A stretch of 63,209 nucleotides of DNA, taken from an uncultured Actinomycetes bacterium (GTDB taxonomy: Bacteria > Actinomycetota > Actinomycetes > S36-B12). Position numbers and translations under genes: made by a program. Within the stretch, counting starts at the first letter, position 1, and each line of letters begins with the position of its first letter. Below are positions 42,775 to 50,401 of the stretch, piece by piece. The stretch spans positions 1 to 63,209 of the forward strand of contig CAJBZP010000068.1 in assembly GCA_903960135.1 (NCBI GenBank), read 5' to 3'. The notes under the pieces are model-generated. The model was not told the DNA's origin, searched no databases, and saw only the letters and a list, made by a program, of their open reading frames with translations.

Positions 42775-42990
42775 TTAAAATCTAGGCGAACTAGCTTCTA
42801 AAACTTCTACAATAAGTTGCAACGATTCCCTAGCCCATGCCACACCATCCGCGTCGAGACCTTCCTCAAATTCAATTCCTAGCCCGTTAGTAGGTGCTGG
42901 GTTGACATTTGCTGTCGATTGGGCAGATTCCGTTAGGGGCGATCCAGCCACACCGACCCGTGAGTTGACCGGCTGATGCGCTGAACCCAT
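42775..42990 (-). CDS. hypothetical small protein or gene fragment
   Basis: 71 codons from ATG 42990. Only the C-terminal part (GIEFEEGLDADGVAWARESLQLIVEVLEASS) looks protein-like. The 228-aa track ORF extending to 43461 is antisense to the secreted-protein gene. Confidence 0.25.
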   Translation of the reverse strand: MGSAHQPVNSRVGVAGSPLTESAQSTANVNPAPTNGLGIEFEEGLDADGVAWARESLQLIVEVLEASSPRF

Positions 42991-43017
42991 GCGTCGCCGC
43001 TGGTAGCGTCGCGGCGT

Positions 43018-43938
43018 ATGGGACCACTTGGAACGTCCGTAAGGGCGACAGCCGCGCTCGGGCTGTGCCTGTCTGCCGTGACGGTTGGAGCGGTCGCACC
43101 AGCACCGAGCGCCTTTGCGGTGAGTGGCCAGACAGCAAGGATCGTCGATGACCCGAGGGCCCCAACGGTCTCGAAGGCGACCTGGCGCGAGTACCTGACC
43201 GCGATCACCGATGCGGCCGTTGCGCTTCCCTCCGAGGTCGCCCGCGATCTGCTGGTGCCCGCGCCGAGCGACGCACGCACCAGGTGGAAAACCATCGACG
43301 GGGTTGACTATCTGCTCGTGACCGCCCTGAGGTTCGCCCCGGTGAGCACCGTGGATCCCGGTGCGCAATTCACCCTCGATGCCAGCCGTTGGGTGTCGAT
43401 TCCCGGGCAGCTCGCCTCGGAGTGCGTCCGGTACTCCTGTGCCAAACTCGGCACCCAGCAACTCGATCTCACACTCAAGCAGGTCCTTGGCCTGCCGCCG
43501 GATGCCGACTACCGCTACGTCTCAGAGTTCTGGGTGAAGCCGGCCGACATGTTCCGGCCGTGCACCGACCCGCGGATCACCAGCCCCAGTTGCCCAGAAC
43601 TTGTCGTTGGTGCGTCCGCCGGAATCCCGACGACGGTGGGGGAGGTGACCCTCACGGAGTTCCTGTGGTCGCAGGCGAACTACGCATGGCGGGCGCCTGA
43701 TCGATTCCGGCCGAAGGCGGCCGTCTCCTGCGCTCAGGATTATGCGAACGCATCCGTCGGTCAGTGCTACGGCTTCCCGTGGACCCGGCTTGGGTACACC
43801 TACGACTGGAGCCCGGGGGCGAAGGACGACATCGGCCTCACCGAGTTCGTCGTGGCGAAGGGCGCTGTCGCATATCTGGAGAGGGTCGGGACCCAGCGCG
43901 AGTTCTTCCCATTCTCGAAGCGGGGCAGCAAGCCATGA
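43018..43938 (+). CDS. secreted hypothetical protein, six Cys in the mature part
   Basis: 306 aa. Signal peptide ...LGLCLSAVTVGAVAPAPSAFA. Aromatic-rich C-terminal block QCYGFPWTRLGYTYDWSPGAKDD. No family recognised. Confidence 0.6.
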   Translation: MGPLGTSVRATAALGLCLSAVTVGAVAPAPSAFAVSGQTARIVDDPRAPTVSKATWREYLTAITDAAVALPSEVARDLLVPAPSDARTRWKTIDGVDYLLVTALRFAPVSTVDPGAQFTLDASRWVSIPGQLASECVRYSCAKLGTQQLDLTLKQVLGLPPDADYRYVSEFWVKPADMFRPCTDPRITSPSCPELVVGASAGIPTTVGEVTLTEFLWSQANYAWRAPDRFRPKAAVSCAQDYANASVGQCYGFPWTRLGYTYDWSPGAKDDIGLTEFVVAKGAVAYLERVGTQREFFPFSKRGSKP

Positions 43939-43939
43939 C

Positions 43940-44380
43940 CGTGCCCGATTCGACCTGCCCAAAACCCACGCCCTGGATGCTCTCGCTGTTGGTCATCCCG
44001 ACACGGTCGACGCCATCCATCCGACCGTCACGCGAACACTCACAATCACTAGCAACGGACGCGGGCAATACCAGCGCACGAAACCTGACAAGTACGGCTT
44101 CCCCCGCCTCAACCTGACCCGCGTGAAGTCCCATCACGGGTTCCAAACCGGCGACATTGTTAAAGCCACCGTCCCTGCAGGGAAACACGCAGGCACCCAC
44201 ACCGGCAGGGTCGCAGTTAGAAAATCAGGTTCCTTCAACATCACCTCAACCCTTGGAACCATCCAAGGCATCAGCCATAAGCGCTGCACCGTCCTCCAGC
44301 GTGGAGACGGTTACGGATACCTCTGGAAGGAGGAAGCGTTCTCCTCCCGGCCCTTGAAGGACCGGGTTTCCGAACGCTGA
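43940..44380 (+). pseudogene. C-terminal remnant of an IscB/IsrB-type (RRXRR-HNH, OMEGA) RNA-guided nuclease
   Basis: The frame-2 translation FDLPKTHALDALAVG...GRGQYQRTKPDKYGFPRLNLTRVKSHHGFQTGDIVKATVPAGKHAGTHTGRVAVRKSGSFNITSTLGTIQGISHKRCTVLQRGDGYGY matches my recollection of the RuvC-III (H..DA) plus C-terminal target-interaction region of actinobacterial IscB-like HNH endonucleases. The N-terminal RuvC-I/II, bridge helix and HNH are absent. Confidence 0.6.
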
Positions 44381-44386
44381 AACTAG

Positions 44387-44494
44387 ATGAAACTGTGCAC
44401 CCGATGAAAAGTTCGGGCTAGCCGACTACCCGGCCAATCCCGGTGAAGTGCTGCGCGTACCAAGGCGCGAGCACATTGGTGATGATGACGCCGT
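44387..44494. repeat. direct repeat copy B
   Basis: See copy A. Copy B is contiguous with the intact NlpC/P60 gene. Confidence 0.95.
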
Positions 44495-45491
44495 CACTAG
44501 GGTTCGCCGCGTGCACCATCTTGCCGCCGCCAATGTAGAGGCCGACGTGGTGCACACTGCCACCGAAGTAAAACACGAGATCCCCTGGCTGGGCTTGACT
44601 GAGCGGTATCTTGCGCGCTGTTTGGTATTGCGAATAGCTGTAGTGCGGCAAGGAGACGCCGCCTTGGCGCCAAGCGCTCATCGTGAGGCCGGAGCAATCA
44701 AATGTTGTAGGGCCAGACGCGGCGGCCACATAGCGATCGCCAACTTGTGAAAGGCCGTAACGAACCGCAGCCACCGCCCGGCTGCTAACGGAGTAACCAC
44801 CACCGCTAAAGCTGCTGCTATTTAGTTCTTGTGCGGCTGCTGCCGCCGCTGCAAGTGACGCCTGTCTTTCACTAGCCGCCATTGCAGCCAGGCGTTGCCG
44901 CTCTGCTGCTTCCAAGGAATTTAGGATGGCCTGCGCATCGGCCAGCCGGTCATCGGCTTCCTTCTTCGCGTCGGCCATTTCGGCACGTACCTGGCGGGCG
45001 GCGTCCTCTTTTTGCTGCAGGGTTGCCTCACTTTGAGCCAACCGCAACCGAGCGGTCTGGGAGGCCCGCAGGGCATCGGCTTGCCCCTTGGCTACTTGGT
45101 CCAGGGCGGAGGCTTGGGCTAGAAACTGGGCTGGATCTTCTGCGAGCAGCACCTGCAAGGAAGCATCGACCCCACCACCGGTATAGGTGGCCCGGGCGAG
45201 ATCATCAACCGCACCGGAAATCGCAGTTAGCTCCCGACGCTCGACCGCGATCTTGTCTTTCAGGGTCGCCAGCGCTTCGTCAATGTCATTTAAGCGGGCT
45301 CGGGCATCGTTGAAGCGCTCGTTGGCCGACTCGGCCTTGGCCTCTAGCTCAAAAACTTGCTGGCGCACCTCGCCCAGATCGCGGGCCGCTGCCGGTGCGG
45401 CCAAGGCGGTGGCGCCGATCAGGGCGGCGCTGACGGCAGCCAGTGCAACTGACCTAGTTCGACGCGACCGCAGCACCCGCATAAACCGCAC
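44418..45491 (-). CDS. RipC-like secreted peptidoglycan endopeptidase (coiled coil plus NlpC/P60)
   Basis: 357 aa. Signal peptide, long Ala/Glu/Gln-rich coiled-coil region, C-terminal NlpC/P60 with catalytic FDCSGL and HHVGLYIG. The GTG start is preceded by GAAGGGAG. Confidence 0.85.
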   Translation of the reverse strand: MRFMRVLRSRRTRSVALAAVSAALIGATALAAPAAARDLGEVRQQVFELEAKAESANERFNDARARLNDIDEALATLKDKIAVERRELTAISGAVDDLARATYTGGGVDASLQVLLAEDPAQFLAQASALDQVAKGQADALRASQTARLRLAQSEATLQQKEDAARQVRAEMADAKKEADDRLADAQAILNSLEAAERQRLAAMAASERQASLAAAAAAAQELNSSSFSGGGYSVSSRAVAAVRYGLSQVGDRYVAAASGPTTFDCSGLTMSAWRQGGVSLPHYSYSQYQTARKIPLSQAQPGDLVFYFGGSVHHVGLYIGGGKMVHAANPSDGVIITNVLAPWYAQHFTGIGRVVG

Positions 45492-45640
45492 TGATCAGGC
45501 TCCCTTCGCCTTGGTTGCTTAAGGCAATTAACGCCCCCGGCCGCCTTGCCGACTGCCAACACGGTAACAGACATTCACCGGACGCCCAACCGGACTCAGC
45601 CTTCTTTGTCCCCCAGGGCGTCCCCCATTTTTAACCCCAA

Positions 45641-45868
45641 TTAGGTACCCCATTTCTGGTCAAAATCCGCATATCGGGCGCTAATTCCGGATATTTCGGT
45701 GACCAGCCGCAGCGGTGGGATCAGCCCCGAATCGGTCAAGACGCCAAGGGCCACCTGGTGGTCATCGGCGATTTGCACCGTAGCGGCCGGCGGGCCCAGC
45801 AATACGGTTACAACACAATCCCCGCAGGCCAAACCTGCGACTTTGCAGGTACCGCAATCAATGATCAT
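45641..45868 (-). CDS. small Cys-rich hypothetical protein
   Basis: 75 aa. N-terminal DCGTCKVAGLACGDC (CxxC-N6-CxxC). Confidence 0.45.
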   Translation of the reverse strand: MIIDCGTCKVAGLACGDCVVTVLLGPPAATVQIADDHQVALGVLTDSGLIPPLRLVTEISGISARYADFDQKWGT

Positions 45869-45907
45869 GCCCCGAAACTAACTAGGGGGTCTGACACCCA
45901 GCACAGA

Positions 45908-46189
45908 TCACGGGCCGCCATCTCCTGGTCCTTCGGTGCTGGGGCCACCAAACTCAGGACGCGGAACGATCTCGATCCGGTCGGTGGCGGCGCACCACCG
46001 ACATTGAACCTGGTCGATTTCCTCGGTCAGCACGGTGGTTTCCTCCACCACCGGCGCACCAGAGATATCAACATGCCAAAACTCACTTACCTTGGCCTTG
46101 CGCACCACATCAAAGCGGGTCAAGTTACCGCAATGGGCACAGCGAAAGCGTGATTTTGAATCCGGGAGGGTGCGTAGGGTGTCGGCCAC
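45908..46189 (-). CDS. zinc-ribbon hypothetical protein
   Basis: 93 aa. CAHCGN ... CRWCAA pairs. Confidence 0.5.
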   Translation of the reverse strand: MADTLRTLPDSKSRFRCAHCGNLTRFDVVRKAKVSEFWHVDISGAPVVEETTVLTEEIDQVQCRWCAATDRIEIVPRPEFGGPSTEGPGDGGP

Positions 46190-46238
46190 GGCAGCACCTT
46201 ACCGGGATTTGTCGGAGGGTTGCCTTAGCGTGCATCAC

Positions 46239-48029
46239 ATGCCGGCCGTTGCCCCTGTCAACCAGCAGTTGAGTCTTGCCGACCTCGGTACCCGACTAAG
46301 TGCCGCGACTTTCGTCGTGGTTGACCTCGAGACCACCGGTGGGCCGCCGGCCGAGGCCGGTATCACCGAATTCGGAGCGGTGAAGGTAACCGGGGGGCAG
46401 GTTATCGGCGAGTTCGCGACTTTGGTCAATCCCGGTAGCCCAATACCACCATTTATCGCGGCCCTCACCGGCATCACGGACTCTCTTGTTGCCACGGCGC
46501 CACGACTTACTGCGGTACTTCCCAGCTTTTTGGAATTCGCCCGCGGCAGCGTGCTCGTCGCCCACAACGCCCCCTACGACATCGGATTCCTAAAGGGCGC
46601 CTGCCTGAAACTCGATCACGAATGGCCGGGCAACCACGTTATCGACACGGCCCGGCTTGCCCGGCTCACGCTACACCGCGATGAAGTCGCAAATTGCAAA
46701 CTTGCGACCCTCGCCGCCTACTTTCGCACCGACGTCACACCCACGCACCGAGCTTTTGATGACGCCCGCGCCACCGCTGACGTCTTGCACCGGCTCCTCG
46801 AGCGCGTCGGCGACTTCGGCGTCGAAACCCTTGAGGATCTTGCCGCATTTACCTCCCGCGTGACCTCGGCCCAGCGCACGAACAGGCATCTCGCAACAGG
46901 TCTACCTGATGCACCTGGGGTCTATATCTTTCGAGATCCCCAAGGTGAGGCGCTTTATGTCGGCACCTCCAAGAACATCCGCAAACGAGTGCGCACCTAC
47001 TTCACCGCCTCGGAGACTCGGCGCCGAATGGACCAGATGATCACCATCGCGACTTCAGTTGATCCGATCGTGTGCGCCACCACACTTGAAGCCCGGGTTC
47101 GTGAACTTCGACTAATCGCAACCAAGCAGCCCAGATATAACCAGCAATCAAAGCGACCCGAGCGTCAAACCTGGCTGAAATTAACCGCAGAAACTGCGCC
47201 ACGCTTAGCCATTGTCCGCGAAGTTCGCGACGACACCGCCGGCGGCGCCTGCTACTTGGGGCCCTTTCGATCCAGCGCTGCTGCCCAAGAAGCCGCAGCA
47301 GCATTGCAATTCGCGTTACCACTTCGGGTTTGCTCGACCAAACTGGCGCGTAAACCTCGTAGCACCACGGCGGGCTGCGCCCTCGCTGAACTTGGTAAAT
47401 GCCTGGCCCCGTGCACATCGGCGGTAGACCACCTCGAATATGACGCCCTAGTTGAACGCGTCCGCTCGGCAATGTCCGGCGCAGTCGAACCCGTCGCATC
47501 AGCGGTACATGAGCGTATGCGTGAACTCGCTGATCAAAGCCGTTTCGAAGATGCCGCACTCTGGCGCGACCGCCTCGCCCACTTCGTGCAGGCCAGCGTG
47601 CGCACACATCAGCTGATGATGCTGGCAGATATTGAACAAGTAGTCGCCGCCAAGCTGACTTCGGCGGGCGGCTGGGAGGTGCACTGTATTCGCTACGGCG
47701 CACTTGCCGGCGCGGCCACGATCATGGCTGGTGTTGACCCGCTCCCAGTGGTGGCGGCCATGATTGCTGCCGCGGACGTCATCCCCGCACCCAAAGCGGG
47801 GGCCCTTGCCGCACTGACCGAAGAAGCCGAGGCGATCTTGGCCTGGCTGGGCGGTGACTTCGTTCGATTGGTGCGCACCAGTGCACCACTTGCCCTGCCA
47901 ATTGGCTGCGGGGGTGCACTCCTTGCCAAGCTCGGTCAGGTCCGCGAGGAGATCCGCGCCCAAGAGCCCGTTGACTACCAATGGCTATCGGCGGCTGCCC
48001 GGAGTAAACCCGTCACCCGCATCGCTTAG
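46239..48029 (+). CDS. DEDD (DnaQ-like) exonuclease fused to a GIY-YIG/UvrC-like domain
   Basis: Exo I VVVDLETTGG and Exo III HRAFDDARATADV. GIY-YIG PGVYIFRD...ALYVGTSKNIRKR. The start is moved to ATG 46239 because the track start at 46035 overlaps the divergent zinc-ribbon gene. Confidence 0.85.
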   Translation: MPAVAPVNQQLSLADLGTRLSAATFVVVDLETTGGPPAEAGITEFGAVKVTGGQVIGEFATLVNPGSPIPPFIAALTGITDSLVATAPRLTAVLPSFLEFARGSVLVAHNAPYDIGFLKGACLKLDHEWPGNHVIDTARLARLTLHRDEVANCKLATLAAYFRTDVTPTHRAFDDARATADVLHRLLERVGDFGVETLEDLAAFTSRVTSAQRTNRHLATGLPDAPGVYIFRDPQGEALYVGTSKNIRKRVRTYFTASETRRRMDQMITIATSVDPIVCATTLEARVRELRLIATKQPRYNQQSKRPERQTWLKLTAETAPRLAIVREVRDDTAGGACYLGPFRSSAAAQEAAAALQFALPLRVCSTKLARKPRSTTAGCALAELGKCLAPCTSAVDHLEYDALVERVRSAMSGAVEPVASAVHERMRELADQSRFEDAALWRDRLAHFVQASVRTHQLMMLADIEQVVAAKLTSAGGWEVHCIRYGALAGAATIMAGVDPLPVVAAMIAAADVIPAPKAGALAALTEEAEAILAWLGGDFVRLVRTSAPLALPIGCGGALLAKLGQVREEIRAQEPVDYQWLSAAARSKPVTRIA

Positions 48030-48036
48030 CCAAAAC

Positions 48037-49122
48037 TTACGGTTTAAGGGACCGCGTCCGAGCGATCCACCGGTCCAACAGCACTAATCCCGCCCCCGAG
48101 TCGATCACCTCGCGGGCCCTTGGCAGCCCTTGCCGCAACCGCTCCATCAAAGCCACCTGCGCATCACCTGAATCCGTTGCCGCGTCATACGCAACAAGTG
48201 CTGCCGACCCATTCAGCGCAACGCCGGCACGAATAGCGGCTACCCGATCGGCATCTGCATCGGTTATCTGCACTCCGCTCAGAACCTTCCGCAGGAGTTC
48301 TGCATTGCGCACCCGATCACCACCGGTTATCAACTCCGCGGATACAAATTCAATCCCAAGTTCACGTGGATCAATGACCACCTCGCGGATCCCGGTTGCC
48401 GTGACATCCCAGGCATGGGTCACGGCACTCGTAGAGATCTCATCGAGGCCATCAGCACCGTGCACCACGATCGCCTTAACGCCTCGGCGCTCCAGCACAT
48501 CAGCCATTATTGGGGCGCGGGACTTATCCGCACAGCCGATGAGTGCACTCTGAGCCAAGGCTGGGTTCGTCAACGGTCCCAATAGGTTAAAGACAGTGGG
48601 CACCCCAAGTTCACGACGCGCCGTCACGGCGTAGCGCATTGCTGGGTGGTGGATGGGCGCGAAGCAAAACGCAATGCCGATCTCCTCGGCACAGACCTCA
48701 ACTAGTTCGGGCGGTAAGTCGATCACCACCCCGAGTTCTTCCAGCACATCAGCGGTACCGGTTGAAGATGACGCCGCACGGTTACCGTGTTTGACCACCG
48801 GAGCACCGGCCGCCGCGGCGACTATTGCGGCCATGGTCGAGATATTCACTGAATGTGAGTTATCGCCCCCCGTGCCCACCACGTCAAGTACCGAGGTCTT
48901 CACGTTTACCCGGTTCGCATGTGCCAACATCACTTCGACCAGCGCTCGAACTTCGACCGGTGTTTCACCCTTGGCTCGAAGCGCGGTCACAAAACCGGCC
49001 ACCTGCACATCTGTGGCTTCACCGTCAAGGATTTGGGTCATCGCCCAAGTAGCGCTCTCGGCCGACAAATCACTACCCGCTAGCAAGGAGCGCAGGATCT
49101 GCGGCCAGGTCAGCGGTGCCAT
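48037..49122 (-). CDS. trpD: anthranilate phosphoribosyltransferase
   Basis: 361 aa. VVGTGGDNSHSVNIST and KHGNRAASS motifs. Confidence 0.9.
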   Translation of the reverse strand: MAPLTWPQILRSLLAGSDLSAESATWAMTQILDGEATDVQVAGFVTALRAKGETPVEVRALVEVMLAHANRVNVKTSVLDVVGTGGDNSHSVNISTMAAIVAAAAGAPVVKHGNRAASSSTGTADVLEELGVVIDLPPELVEVCAEEIGIAFCFAPIHHPAMRYAVTARRELGVPTVFNLLGPLTNPALAQSALIGCADKSRAPIMADVLERRGVKAIVVHGADGLDEISTSAVTHAWDVTATGIREVVIDPRELGIEFVSAELITGGDRVRNAELLRKVLSGVQITDADADRVAAIRAGVALNGSAALVAYDAATDSGDAQVALMERLRQGLPRAREVIDSGAGLVLLDRWIARTRSLKP

Positions 49123-49162
49123 CTAGATCATCGTGATTTCAATTATTTGCGAGGACAGTAGG

Positions 49163-49582
49163 TCACGCGGTGACGACAGTGGACGACTTGGTGGTGGACG
49201 ACTTGGTCAATCTGGACCGAAGTAGGCCGGCCACCGCGTCGGCGATCAACACGGCATTGATCGGATGTGAGGACACCGCATCGGCCCGCGACCAGGTAGC
49301 CAGCCAGGCGTCATGCGGCCGGGCTATCAGCACCAAAATCGGTGGGCAGTTGAATATTTCATCCTTTAGCTGCCGGGTCAGGCCCATACCGCCCGCCGGG
49401 GTGGCTTCGCCGTCCAAAATCAGCAGGTCAAAGCCCCCTTTGTCAACCAACCCAATCAACGCCGGCGCCGTCGCACATTCGACATACGTAAGTTCGGGTA
49501 AGTCCGCGGCTGGCCGCCGGCCCAAGGCTAAAAGCACATCCTGGCGAACCTTGCGGTCATTGCTGTAGACCAAAACCTTCAT
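49163..49582 (-). CDS. stand-alone receiver-domain-like protein
   Basis: MKVLVYSNDRKV...FDLLILDGEATP resembles a CheY-like fold with the phospho-acceptor Asp, but the acidic pair is ND rather than DD. There is no output domain. Confidence 0.55.
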   Translation of the reverse strand: MKVLVYSNDRKVRQDVLLALGRRPAADLPELTYVECATAPALIGLVDKGGFDLLILDGEATPAGGMGLTRQLKDEIFNCPPILVLIARPHDAWLATWSRADAVSSHPINAVLIADAVAGLLRSRLTKSSTTKSSTVVTA

Positions 49583-49776
49583 CGGGCCGGGCACCTCTTG
49601 GCTCACCTGTGCACTCACGGGGCCGATCCTAGACGGCGCCTTGGGCCAACCAATCAGCCGACCCGCGGCCCGTTCCGGTTACCTATCCCCGGACTCCGTA
49701 CTGCCAAGGGGCGACAGTGAGCAGATTCACTGGGGGTGGACGGGAAACAAGGCCGTTCATCTGCCAGACTGCCCCC

Positions 49777-50382
49777 GTGGCTTCGACAACCCAAGTTCCA
49801 GCGGCTTATGAGCATGCCCCCGCCAATCGCCCGAACATGGTGGCCATCGGCACCATCGTGTGGCTGGCCAGCGAACTCATGTTCTTTGCGGCCCTTTTTG
49901 CAATGTACTTCACCCTGCGGGCGGTCAATCCAGAGCTCTGGGCCGAGGAAACCAAGCTGCTCAATATTCCGTTCGCGAGCCTAAACACCACGGTCTTGGT
50001 GCTGTCCAGCGTCACCTGCCAGTTGGGTGTGTTCGCCGCAGAACGCGGTGAGGTCAAAGTCCTGCGTCGCTGGTTCATCATCACCTTTTTGATGGGGTCC
50101 TTCTTCATCGCCGGCCAGGTCACCGAGTACGTCGCACTAGTGCATGAGGGCCTGACCTTGTCCGCCAATGCCTACGGTTCTGCTTTCTATCTGACCACCG
50201 GGTTCCACGGTCTGCACGTGACCGGCGGGCTCATTGCCTTCCTGTTCGTGCTGGCCACCACCTACGCCACCAAGCGTTTTACTCATGATCAGGCCACTCG
50301 ATCGATCGTGGTGTCGTACTACTGGCACTTTGTCGACGTGGTCTGGATCGCCCTGTTCTTCATGATTTATATCCTTAAATAA
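49777..50382 (+). CDS. ctaE: cytochrome c oxidase subunit III
   Basis: [29 protein letters not shown] matches the actinobacterial CtaE N-terminus. The GTG 49777 start is chosen over the longer track ORF. Confidence 0.9.
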   Translation: MASTTQVPAAYEHAPANRPNMVAIGTIVWLASELMFFAALFAMYFTLRAVNPELWAEETKLLNIPFASLNTTVLVLSSVTCQLGVFAAERGEVKVLRRWFIITFLMGSFFIAGQVTEYVALVHEGLTLSANAYGSAFYLTTGFHGLHVTGGLIAFLFVLATTYATKRFTHDQATRSIVVSYYWHFVDVVWIALFFMIYILK

Positions 50383-50401
50383 CGACGAAAGGCTTGCCCG
50401 C

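Larger units (their letters stand above)
42614..44386. mobile_element. decayed integrated islet between the direct repeats
   Basis: Unique DNA bounded by the 108-bp repeats. Contains an AT-richer segment, an orphan secreted-protein gene and an IscB-like nuclease remnant. No integrase or transposase is left. Confidence 0.55.

Noticed and set aside
42991-43461. Upstream part of the 228-aa minus-strand ORF inside the islet
   Set aside because: It is Gly/Arg/Pro-rich low-complexity sequence, antisense to the secreted-protein gene. Only the last 71 codons lie outside that gene, and even those are kept at low confidence.
45590-45650. 6C-type small RNA on the + strand, considered because of the runs CCCCC...CCCCC...CCCC...CCCC
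   Set aside because: There is only one convincing hairpin, and the C-runs are mostly in stems or flanks rather than in two C-rich loops. The region is better explained as the antisense of the structured ripC leader.
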